Source: Flavobacteriaceae bacterium
GTDB taxonomy: Bacteria; Bacteroidota; Bacteroidia; Flavobacteriales; Flavobacteriaceae
DNA length: 64,000 nt
Assembly (NCBI GenBank): GCA_002719315.1
Contig: PBHD01000005.1
Location: 155,133 to 219,132 of the forward strand
Direction of reading: 5' to 3'
Both the position numbers and the translations under genes were made by a program. Below the pieces are notes generated by a model. That model was not told the origin of the DNA. It saw only the letters and a list, made by a program, of their open reading frames with translations, and searched no databases. Position 1 is the first letter of the stretch. Each line of letters begins with the position of its first letter. Positions 54,928 to 63,122 of the stretch are shown here, one piece after another.

Positions 54928-55794
54928 ATGAAAATAGAAATAGGTTATGGTAAAATAGAAAAAGTAAAAATCGGAGATGATTTACCATTAGCTTTTGTTG
55001 GTGGACCATGTGCTATTGAAAGTAGAGACCATGCTTTTTTTATGGCAGACAAGATTAATAAAATATGTAATAAACTAAAAATGCCATGGATTTATAAGTC
55101 ATGCTATGATAAAGATTGCCGTTCATCACCAAAAAGTTTTCATGGAGTAGGAATTGATGAAGGTTTGAAGATATTGTCCGAGATAAGAGATTCATTTGGA
55201 ATACCTGTCGTTTCAGATTTTTCAGATTCATCATGGGCCCAATCTACAGGAGAAGTATGTGATATGGTTCAAGTTCCAGCTTATTTGTGTAGGCAAACCT
55301 CAATTTTAAGAGCTGCAGCTGAAACAAGTCGTCCAATATTATTAAAAAAAGGACAGTTTATGAGTCCATGGAATATGAAAAATTCATGTAGAAAGATTGA
55401 ATCTTTTGGAAATAATAAAATTATTTTAGCAGAAAGAGGAACCTTTTTTGGGTATAATATGCTTGTAAATGACATGAAATCCTTTCCAATAATGGCTGAA
55501 ACTGGATATCCAGTTTGTTATGATGCATCTCATTCTATTCAATTGCCAACATCTATGGGTAATATTTCAGGCGGACAAAGAGAATATATTCCATATTTAG
55601 TTAGGGCTGCAGTTGCTAACGGAATAAATTTATTATTTATTGAGACTCATGACAACCCTAATGAAGCATTATCTGACTCTAATACAGTCTTGGATATAAA
55701 ATATCTTAAAAATGTATTATATCAATCTAAAGTAATTCATGAAACTAGATTAAGATTATTAAATGAATTAGGGTCTGATAATATTATTCATTGA
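54928..55794 (+). CDS. kdsA: KDO8P-synthase family enzyme (metal-dependent class) with a divergent substrate-selectivity motif
   Basis: Collinear with KdsA: GGPCAIES (Cys as in the metal-dependent class), QVPAYLCRQT, DASHSIQ, LFIETHDNP. The canonical KANRS motif reads KDCRS (55111-55125). Confidence 0.8.
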   Translation: MKIEIGYGKIEKVKIGDDLPLAFVGGPCAIESRDHAFFMADKINKICNKLKMPWIYKSCYDKDCRSSPKSFHGVGIDEGLKILSEIRDSFGIPVVSDFSDSSWAQSTGEVCDMVQVPAYLCRQTSILRAAAETSRPILLKKGQFMSPWNMKNSCRKIESFGNNKIILAERGTFFGYNMLVNDMKSFPIMAETGYPVCYDASHSIQLPTSMGNISGGQREYIPYLVRAAVANGINLLFIETHDNPNEALSDSNTVLDIKYLKNVLYQSKVIHETRLRLLNELGSDNIIH

Positions 55795-55808
55795 TAAAAA
55801 ATTAAAAT

Positions 55809-56198
55809 ATGAAAGTAAAAGATGTAATGCTTAAAAAAGGAAAATTTCCAATATTAACACCTAAAACTTTATTAAAAGAAGCTTTAGTTGAAATGGTTAA
55901 GACAAAGCTTGGTTTAGTTTGTATAACCGATTTAAATAACAAGTTAATAGGCATATTTACTGATGGGGATATTAGAAGAATGTTATTAAAAAATCAAAAG
56001 CCATTTTCAGCTTTTTTTGTAGATGATATAATTGATCATGCAAATTTAGATCCTACAACTTGTAAAGATTCTGATTCTTTGAAAGAATCATTAAAATTGA
56101 TGGAAGAAAAGGGAATTTGGGATTTGCCAGTATTGGATGAGGAAAATAATTTAATAGGACTTTTTCATTTGCATCAAGCAATATCAAAGTTGATATAG
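55809..56198 (+). CDS. Stand-alone CBS-pair protein (resembles the C-terminal half of KpsF/KdsD)
   Basis: 129 aa with two CBS repeats (LVCITDLNNKLIGIFTDGDIRR and WDLPVLDEENNLIGLFHLHQ). No SIS domain is present in this ORF or next to it. Confidence 0.75.
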   Translation: MKVKDVMLKKGKFPILTPKTLLKEALVEMVKTKLGLVCITDLNNKLIGIFTDGDIRRMLLKNQKPFSAFFVDDIIDHANLDPTTCKDSDSLKESLKLMEEKGIWDLPVLDEENNLIGLFHLHQAISKLI

Positions 56199-56215
56199 TT
56201 ATTAGATTAATTTAA

Positions 56216-57049
56216 ATGAAAAAACTTAATAAAAATTATTTAGGGTGGAATTCAAAAGATCATTTAATTTCCTTCAATTTTTGGAATGATTTATCTAATT
56301 ATGAGTTTAATTTTAGGTGGGGAAGTTTTAGGGAAAATCAAATTATTTCGGAAGTTTTAAAAAAAGGAGATTCATTGTTTGAAGTTGGATGTGCAACTGG
56401 AACTACAGTTAGGTGGCTAAAAAATACTGGAATTTTAAGTAAAATTAAATATTTAGGAGTTGACATTAGTGATACAGCAATTAGTAAAGCAAATTTCTTA
56501 CACCCTAAAGTTAATTTTAAAAAGATTGGTTTAGGACCTTTAAAAGAGTATTATAATAAATTTGATTATGTTTTCAGTAGAGATACAATTATGCATCAAG
56601 AAAAACCTTTTGAATTTTTATGGGAACTTATTAAATGTGCTAATAAAGGACTAATAATAAGATTAAGAACTAGAGATTCAGGAATCACAAATTATAATTT
56701 AGAAAGTAATTGTCAACTCCATTATGATAATTATTGGATGCCATATATAGTGATTAATATAAGTGAAATAATAGATTTTTTAAAAAGTTTAAAAATTATT
56801 TATAGTATAGAGATTAATCGTTCCTATGAAGTTTTAGGAGGAAGTACAAATAGATATTTACCGAAAGATTTATATTTTAAATCAGCAGGAGGGGCTGAAA
56901 CTTCAATTTTTTTAAAAATTGATAAAACAAAAACCTCGAATGATATTGAAATTATTAAAACAGATCTTGTTGAAGGAAGAAAACTTATAAGATTTTCTAT
57001 TTTTAAAAGATTTATTATAGCTGTTCTAAAAAAATTAAAACTATTATAA
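56216..57049 (+). CDS. Class I SAM-dependent methyltransferase
   Basis: Motif I LFEVGCATGTT. Confidence 0.65.
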   Translation: MKKLNKNYLGWNSKDHLISFNFWNDLSNYEFNFRWGSFRENQIISEVLKKGDSLFEVGCATGTTVRWLKNTGILSKIKYLGVDISDTAISKANFLHPKVNFKKIGLGPLKEYYNKFDYVFSRDTIMHQEKPFEFLWELIKCANKGLIIRLRTRDSGITNYNLESNCQLHYDNYWMPYIVINISEIIDFLKSLKIIYSIEINRSYEVLGGSTNRYLPKDLYFKSAGGAETSIFLKIDKTKTSNDIEIIKTDLVEGRKLIRFSIFKRFIIAVLKKLKLL

Positions 57050-57823
57050 ATGAAAAGAAAAGATTTAAAAAAAGCATTAAGGTTAAGAAAAAAAATTTTT
57101 GGAGCATGGGTTTCTTATTCAGAACCTTCAATTGCTGAAACTTTTGCTAAAGCTAATTTTGATTTTTTAGTAATAGATATGGAACATTCTACAATAACAT
57201 TACCTCAGTCAAAAAATATTATATCCGTTTGCCAATCTATGGGAGTCTCATGTTTGCCAAGGCCTGTTTCTCATTCTAATGATTATTTTAAACCATTATT
57301 AGAATTTGGACCTGACGGTCTTTTTGTTCAAATGGTTAATAATCCTTCTGAGTTGAATAAAATTATTAATTATGTAAAATATCCTCCAATTGGTTGCAGG
57401 AGTTATGGAATTAATAGAGCTCAAGAATATGGTTTTAAAATTGAAGAATATTTTTCTTTATGGAATGATGAATCTTCTTTAATAATTCAAATTGAATCAA
57501 TTGAAGGGGTTAAGAATATTGAATCTCTACTAGATAATGATCAAGTAGATGCCGTTATGATAGGGCCTTATGACATTTCTGGTTCACTTGGTGTCCCGGG
57601 AGAAATTAATCATCCAAAAGTAATTGAAGCTTCAAAAAAAGTAATTTCCGCTTGTGAAAAGTATGGAAAGAGTTGTGGAACTCAAATTTCTGATCCCAAT
57701 CAAGAAAATATTAAATCTTTATTTGATATGGGTTACACCTACTTGATTCTTGGATCTGATTTATTTGTTTTGTGGAGATGGGCTGAAAAGATGAGTAAAC
57801 TTATTAATAGAATCAAAGATTAA
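57050..57823 (+). CDS. HpcH/HpaI-family class II (pyruvate-dependent) aldolase
   Basis: Segments FDFLVIDMEHS, IQIESIEGVKNIESL and IGPYDISGSLG. Confidence 0.8.
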   Translation: MKRKDLKKALRLRKKIFGAWVSYSEPSIAETFAKANFDFLVIDMEHSTITLPQSKNIISVCQSMGVSCLPRPVSHSNDYFKPLLEFGPDGLFVQMVNNPSELNKIINYVKYPPIGCRSYGINRAQEYGFKIEEYFSLWNDESSLIIQIESIEGVKNIESLLDNDQVDAVMIGPYDISGSLGVPGEINHPKVIEASKKVISACEKYGKSCGTQISDPNQENIKSLFDMGYTYLILGSDLFVLWRWAEKMSKLINRIKD

Positions 57824-57827
57824 AAAA

Positions 57828-58604
57828 ATGTATTTAAATAAATTATTTAATTTAAAAGGAAAAGTTGCTGCTGTTATAGGAGGGGGAGGATATTTATGTA
57901 GTAAAATGTCAATGGGCCTGGCTAAATCAGGATGTAAATTGGCGATTTTAGATCTAAGATTAAAAAAAGCAAAAAAAGTTTGTAATGAAATTATATTTGA
58001 GGGATATAATGAGACAATTGCATTATCAATAGATGTATCAAATAAAGAAAGTCATGAAAGTGCTTTAAATTATATCGTTAAAAAATTTGGGAGAGTTGAT
58101 ATATTAATAAATGGTGCAGGAATTAATAGCTCATCTCCATTTTTGGAAATTGATAGTAATGAATGGTATTCTATAATCGATTCTCAGTTAACAGGAACTT
58201 TTTATGGATGTCAAGTATTTGGAAAGCATATGTTGAAAAATAATTCTGGGTCGATAATTAATGTTTCTTCAGCATCTGCTGGACCACCTCTTTCAAAAGC
58301 ATTTACATATTCAGTTTCAAAGGCAGGTATAAAAAACTTAACCCAAAATTTGGGTAGAGAATGGGGAGAAAAAGGTGTTAGGGTTAATGCTATTAGACCT
58401 GGATTTTTCCCAACTGAATGGAATAAAAAAAACTTTATTACAAAGGATAGAGAAAAAAAAATATTAGGACATACTCCAATGAATAGATATGGTAAACCTG
58501 ATGAATTAATAGGTGCAATTTTATGGTTATCTTCTGAAGCTTCCAGTTTTGTTACAGGTGCTGAAATTACTGTGGATGGGGGTTATTCTTGCATGACAAT
58601 TTAA
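57828..58604 (+). CDS. Classical SDR oxidoreductase
   Basis: Segments AVIGGGGYLCS, NGAG and YSVSKAGIKNL. Confidence 0.8.
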   Translation: MYLNKLFNLKGKVAAVIGGGGYLCSKMSMGLAKSGCKLAILDLRLKKAKKVCNEIIFEGYNETIALSIDVSNKESHESALNYIVKKFGRVDILINGAGINSSSPFLEIDSNEWYSIIDSQLTGTFYGCQVFGKHMLKNNSGSIINVSSASAGPPLSKAFTYSVSKAGIKNLTQNLGREWGEKGVRVNAIRPGFFPTEWNKKNFITKDREKKILGHTPMNRYGKPDELIGAILWLSSEASSFVTGAEITVDGGYSCMTI

Positions 58605-58610
58605 ATAAAA

Positions 58611-59372
58611 ATGAAAAATAAAAAGACAGTTATAATTACTGGTGGAAATAGAGGAATAGGTTTGGGAATAACAAAAGTTTTCCTTAGAAATAATTATAAT
58701 GTATTTGTTGGTTCTAGAACAGGATTTTCAAAAGAAAGTCATAACTTAAACATAAAATCTGTAAATCATTTCAAAATAGATGTTAGGAATTTTAATGATC
58801 ACGTCAAACTTGCAAAAAAAGCAATTGAATTAACAGGTAGACTAGACTCTTATATTAATAATGCAGGATATTCAAAATGGGTTTCTATAAATAATATTGA
58901 AGAAAAATTTTTAAATAATATTTTGGAAACTAATTTAAAAGGTGTTTTTTGGGGTTGTAAAGCTGCAGCAAAATTTTTAAATTCTGAAAATCCCTCAATT
59001 ATAAATGTCTCAAGTTTAGCAGGTAAAAGAGGGAGTTTAAATAATTCTGCTTATGTAGCTTCAAAATTTGGTGTTAATGGACTTACTCAGTCTTTAGCTA
59101 AAGAATTAGGTGAAAAAAATATAAGAGTAAATGCAGTTTGCCCAGTACTCATTGCAACTAAAGGATTAATTAAAGCTTTAGAGGAAGAAGAAGCTCCAGG
59201 AAAAAAAGGAGCAATTAAGTTTATTGAAGAGTTTTCAAGAATTAATTCTCCATTAAATAGAATGCCAACATCTGAAGAAGTTGGAGAAATGTGTTTATAT
59301 CTTGCTAGTGATAAGGCTAAAGCAATAACCGGTCAATGTATTAATGTAGATTGTGGAGTTTTACCTCAATAA
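58611..59372 (+). CDS. Classical SDR oxidoreductase (FabG-like)
   Basis: Segments ITGGNRGIGLG, NNAG and YVASKFGVNGL. Confidence 0.8.
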   Translation: MKNKKTVIITGGNRGIGLGITKVFLRNNYNVFVGSRTGFSKESHNLNIKSVNHFKIDVRNFNDHVKLAKKAIELTGRLDSYINNAGYSKWVSINNIEEKFLNNILETNLKGVFWGCKAAAKFLNSENPSIINVSSLAGKRGSLNNSAYVASKFGVNGLTQSLAKELGEKNIRVNAVCPVLIATKGLIKALEEEEAPGKKGAIKFIEEFSRINSPLNRMPTSEEVGEMCLYLASDKAKAITGQCINVDCGVLPQ

Positions 59373-59373
59373 A

Positions 59374-60141
59374 ATGAATTTAAAAGTAATAATTCCTGCT
59401 CACTTAGCCTCTTTGAGATTAAAAGAAAAAATTTTAATTGACATTCACGGTTTACCCATGATTGAACATGTAAGAAGAAGAGTTTTATTATCAAAAGAAG
59501 TTAGTGAAGTAATTGTTGCAACTTGCGATTTTGAAATAAAAAAAACTGTTGAGGGTTTTGGAGGAAAAGTAGTAATGACTTCCAATGATCATCAGAATGG
59601 TACTAGTAGAGTTGCTGAGGCAGTAAGTAAAATAAAATGTTCACATGTATTAATAGTTCAAGGAGATGAACCTTTGATTCATCCAGAACATATTAATCTA
59701 ATGGTTAAATCAATGCTAAATAATAATAAAATAAAAATTTGGAACGGAATAACTTCAATTAATTCTATTGATGATTTAAATAATCGTGACCTAGTAAAAT
59801 GTTTTGTCAATAGTAAAAATCAAATTGGAATGTGTTTCAGAAATAACCCAGGTTTTTCTGGCTTAAAAAAATTGAATAAGTCAATATTTAAAATACAGGG
59901 TTTAATAGCATTTAAAAAAAATTTTCTAATGAATTTAGTAAATAAACCCCCATCACCATATGAATTAGCTGAGTCAATTGAACAAATGAGATCTATTGAA
60001 AATGGAAATCAAATTCAAGCAGTTATGTTAAATAAGTCTTTTTCTTCTATAAATAATTTAGAAGAATTAAAAGAAGTTCGCAATATTTTAAAAAAAAGTA
60101 AATTAGAAATAGAAATTTTAAATACTATTAAGCATAATTAA
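59374..60141 (+). CDS. kdsB: CMP-Kdo synthetase family cytidylyltransferase (KdsB-like, divergent N-terminal loop)
   Basis: Segments VIIPAHLASLRLKEKILIDIHGLPMIEHV, GTSRVAEA, VQGDEPL and ESIEQMR. Start moved to the ATG at 59374. Confidence 0.75.
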   Translation: MNLKVIIPAHLASLRLKEKILIDIHGLPMIEHVRRRVLLSKEVSEVIVATCDFEIKKTVEGFGGKVVMTSNDHQNGTSRVAEAVSKIKCSHVLIVQGDEPLIHPEHINLMVKSMLNNNKIKIWNGITSINSIDDLNNRDLVKCFVNSKNQIGMCFRNNPGFSGLKKLNKSIFKIQGLIAFKKNFLMNLVNKPPSPYELAESIEQMRSIENGNQIQAVMLNKSFSSINNLEELKEVRNILKKSKLEIEILNTIKHN

Positions 60142-60142
60142 T

Positions 60143-61105
60143 TTATTTAAAAAAATTTCTTATTCTTCGGTAGTTTAATTTTGCCAATAAAATTCTTTCA
60201 GAATTAAAAGATTCATCAATAGGAAACCTATGAAAGATTAATGATTTATTTTCAAAATTTAAAGGGTTAGCAGTGAAAATCGCTTTAGCTCCATTTTTGA
60301 TTAAGATTTTATTTGTTTTACTATTGTAGCAAGTATTTTTTTGGCCATATGGATAACTAAAATAATCTATAAAATTTTTTAAGAAAGTCATCCTGTTTTT
60401 ATTGTAGTTTTTTATTAAATCAATTTCATTTAACAAACTAGCATTAAAATGATTATATAAATGATTTCCTATGCAAAATAATTTATTTTTTGAAATTTTT
60501 TCAAGATCATTTAATGTTCCAAATTCTCCATAATATTTTTTAGCTGCATTAATTATTTTTATTTTATTATGTGTTCTAAAAAATTTTTCAACGTGCATAG
60601 GAAGGGCATATAAAAATTCTTTATTTTTTATATGTAAATGGTCTTCAGGGTTGACTATTTTTTTAAAATAACTATAATTTTTACACAAAAAATTTACTAA
60701 TCCTGACCAAAAAATTTCTTTTTTAAAAGGAGCATAATTTAAAAAAAATATTGATGGACACTTTTTCTCCTCTAAAATTCTGGTGGCATTTTTAAATATT
60801 CCTATTGAACCATCATCAAAAGTAATTAGAGCAGTTGGGATTTTTAATTTAGTAATATTTAATTCTTTTGGATGGATTACTTTAAAATTATTCATTATAA
60901 TTTCTATTTGTTTCTTAAATAAATTAGGTTTAATATTTAAATTATTTTCAGAGTAAAATTTAGAAGGATTATAAGAAATTTCATGAAACAAAAAAACTAC
61001 TAATTTTTTATTGAAAAGGATCTTAAATAATTTTTGAGAACCAAAAATACTTAACATAAATTTAGAAAGAAAAAATGATTTTAAGATTTTTTTAAGTTTT
61101 TCCAT
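60143..61105 (-). CDS. Polysaccharide deacetylase (NodB/CE4-like)
   Basis: The ALITFDDGSIGIF motif and the downstream IGNHLYNH. Confidence 0.65.
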   Translation of the reverse strand: MEKLKKILKSFFLSKFMLSIFGSQKLFKILFNKKLVVFLFHEISYNPSKFYSENNLNIKPNLFKKQIEIIMNNFKVIHPKELNITKLKIPTALITFDDGSIGIFKNATRILEEKKCPSIFFLNYAPFKKEIFWSGLVNFLCKNYSYFKKIVNPEDHLHIKNKEFLYALPMHVEKFFRTHNKIKIINAAKKYYGEFGTLNDLEKISKNKLFCIGNHLYNHFNASLLNEIDLIKNYNKNRMTFLKNFIDYFSYPYGQKNTCYNSKTNKILIKNGAKAIFTANPLNFENKSLIFHRFPIDESFNSERILLAKLNYRRIRNFFK

Positions 61106-61875
61106 GCTTTAAATATAAGTTTAGGATTTTCTTTCATATATCTTGATGTATATACTTTTCCTTGCTTTAAATTTTGTTTTTCCAATTTGAGTATTTTATT
61201 TCTAGTTATTGTCCTATGAGTTTTAATAAATCCATTTAAACCAAGTAAAGTTAATTTTAAACCTATAGAATAGAAATTATCTTTAAAGTCAATTTCAGGT
61301 TTAAATCGATAAATTAAATCTCCAGAATCAATCTTATCGTCTATTAAATGAACTGTTACACCTAATCCTTTTTTTCCTTTTGTAGCAAGAGCAGATATTA
61401 TTCCTTCTCCTCTAAATTCTGGAGACCAACCCCAATGCATATTTATGAAAAAAGCATTTTTTAAAGACAAAATATTTGTTTTTATAATACTAGTTCCAAA
61501 AACATAAATTAATTTGTAGTTATTTTTTTTTAGTATTTCAAATGTTTTTTGATCATTTATATTTTCTATTTCATATAATATTATTTCTTTTTGAAGTTCA
61601 TTGTAATTCTTAATTAATATCCTGTTGTTGTGATATTGTTGTTTACCAAAATATTTGTCAAAAAAAATTTTATTTAAAACTTTAATTAAAAAATTTTTTG
61701 TCAAACTAAACTCTTTATTTAAAGTTTTTATTAATTCAAAAATATTTTTTTTTCTCGGGAAGGAAGATTTACCTCCTTCAAATACTACGGCATCAATTAT
61801 TCCTTTTTTATACAAATAATTTGCTGCATATACTTGAAAAGATGATCTTTTAGTTAGTAATATTCCTTTACTCAT
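61081..61875 (-). CDS. Formyltransferase-fold protein 3
   Basis: Segments INMHWGWSPEFRGEG and VHLIDDKIDSGDLI. Confidence 0.6.
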   Translation of the reverse strand: MSKGILLTKRSSFQVYAANYLYKKGIIDAVVFEGGKSSFPRKKNIFELIKTLNKEFSLTKNFLIKVLNKIFFDKYFGKQQYHNNRILIKNYNELQKEIILYEIENINDQKTFEILKKNNYKLIYVFGTSIIKTNILSLKNAFFINMHWGWSPEFRGEGIISALATKGKKGLGVTVHLIDDKIDSGDLIYRFKPEIDFKDNFYSIGLKLTLLGLNGFIKTHRTITRNKILKLEKQNLKQGKVYTSRYMKENPKLIFKAWKNLKKS

Positions 61876-62028
61876 TAAATTAGAATGATTTAAAAATATT
61901 TTGAAACAAATCTAAGGATTCTATTAGGTTTACTCATAATTATTTATCTATTATATTTATCTAGATTAAATACATTTGTATTCTATTTAAACTTTATCAA
62001 TTTATATATAATTGTTTTTTAACACATT

Positions 62029-62050
62029 TTAAGTACTTTTGTTACTTATT
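62029..62050 (+). promoter_or_regulatory. Island motif copy 3 (contains a -7 box)
   Basis: TTAAGTACTTTTGTTACTTATT, with TACTTTTG at 62034-62041. It lies in the 240-nt divergent gap, 75 nt upstream of the ATG at 62116. Confidence 0.55.
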
Positions 62051-62115
62051 AATAGAGACTTTTAATTATTATTAAAAAAATAAAAACATTTAAGTAAAAT
62101 AAATTATTAATAATT

Positions 62116-63111
62116 ATGAGAAGAATTGTTTTCACTTTAAAGAATTTTATTAAGGATTTAAATCAAGATTTTTTAAGATATTTTACTGGGAAATTAAAAA
62201 AAAATGAAAAACAAAATTTATCTGAAACTCAAATTTACCCTAAAGGTAAAAATATAATTAAGGTTTTGAACATTGAAGCTAAGCAAAGATTAGACAAAAT
62301 AGATTTGTCAGAAAACTCAAATATAGCCTCAATTGGAACTTGTTTTGCTGAGGAGCTTTCAATTCATTTAAAAAACACATCTAGTTATTTAAATTACATT
62401 AATTATGAAAAAAATGTTTTTAATTTTTCTGCAAATTGGGGTCGTGTTTACACAGTTAAAAATTTGAAGCAGATTATCGATTATTCACTTACTGAAAATT
62501 ACCCCTTATTAGTAGAGCAATACAAAAAAAAATTTTTTGATCCATTAAGAGAGTACAGTGTTGGTTATTTTAATTCTAAAGATGAAGCAATAAATAGTAT
62601 TAAAAGACATAGAATAAATAGTAGAGAGGTATTTAATAAAACTAATTTAATTGTTATTACTTTAGGTCAGAATGAGTATTGGTATGATCTCAAGAATAAT
62701 GTCACATGGGGTACAACACCGGCAATAATTTTTAGAAAAGAAAAGAATAGATTTGAGGCAAGAGAGTATTCATTTAAGGAAAATGTTGAAGATTTAAAAT
62801 ATATAGTCTTAAAACTAAGAAAGTTTAATCCCAAAATAAATATTATTTTCACAGTAAGCCCTGTGGCTTCATATGCAACTTTTATAAGTCAAAATATAGT
62901 TTCACAATCATTTGCCGGGAAATGTACTCTTCGTGCCGCTATTCATGAAATCTTACCATTAGATGACAAAATTTTTTATTACCCTTCTTTTGAATTTGTA
63001 TTATCAGATAATCCAAGTTCATTTATTTATGATAATAGGCATGTAAAAAGATTTAAGGTTTCTCAAATTTTGTCTTCTTTGAATAAGTCTTTACTAAAAA
63101 ATAAATTTTAA
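62116..63111 (+). CDS. GSCFA-family protein (function unknown)
   Basis: IASIGTCFAEE matches the G-S/T-C-F-A motif that names the family. Confidence 0.6.
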   Translation: MRRIVFTLKNFIKDLNQDFLRYFTGKLKKNEKQNLSETQIYPKGKNIIKVLNIEAKQRLDKIDLSENSNIASIGTCFAEELSIHLKNTSSYLNYINYEKNVFNFSANWGRVYTVKNLKQIIDYSLTENYPLLVEQYKKKFFDPLREYSVGYFNSKDEAINSIKRHRINSREVFNKTNLIVITLGQNEYWYDLKNNVTWGTTPAIIFRKEKNRFEAREYSFKENVEDLKYIVLKLRKFNPKINIIFTVSPVASYATFISQNIVSQSFAGKCTLRAAIHEILPLDDKIFYYPSFEFVLSDNPSSFIYDNRHVKRFKVSQILSSLNKSLLKNKF

Positions 63112-63122
63112 TTTATATCTAG

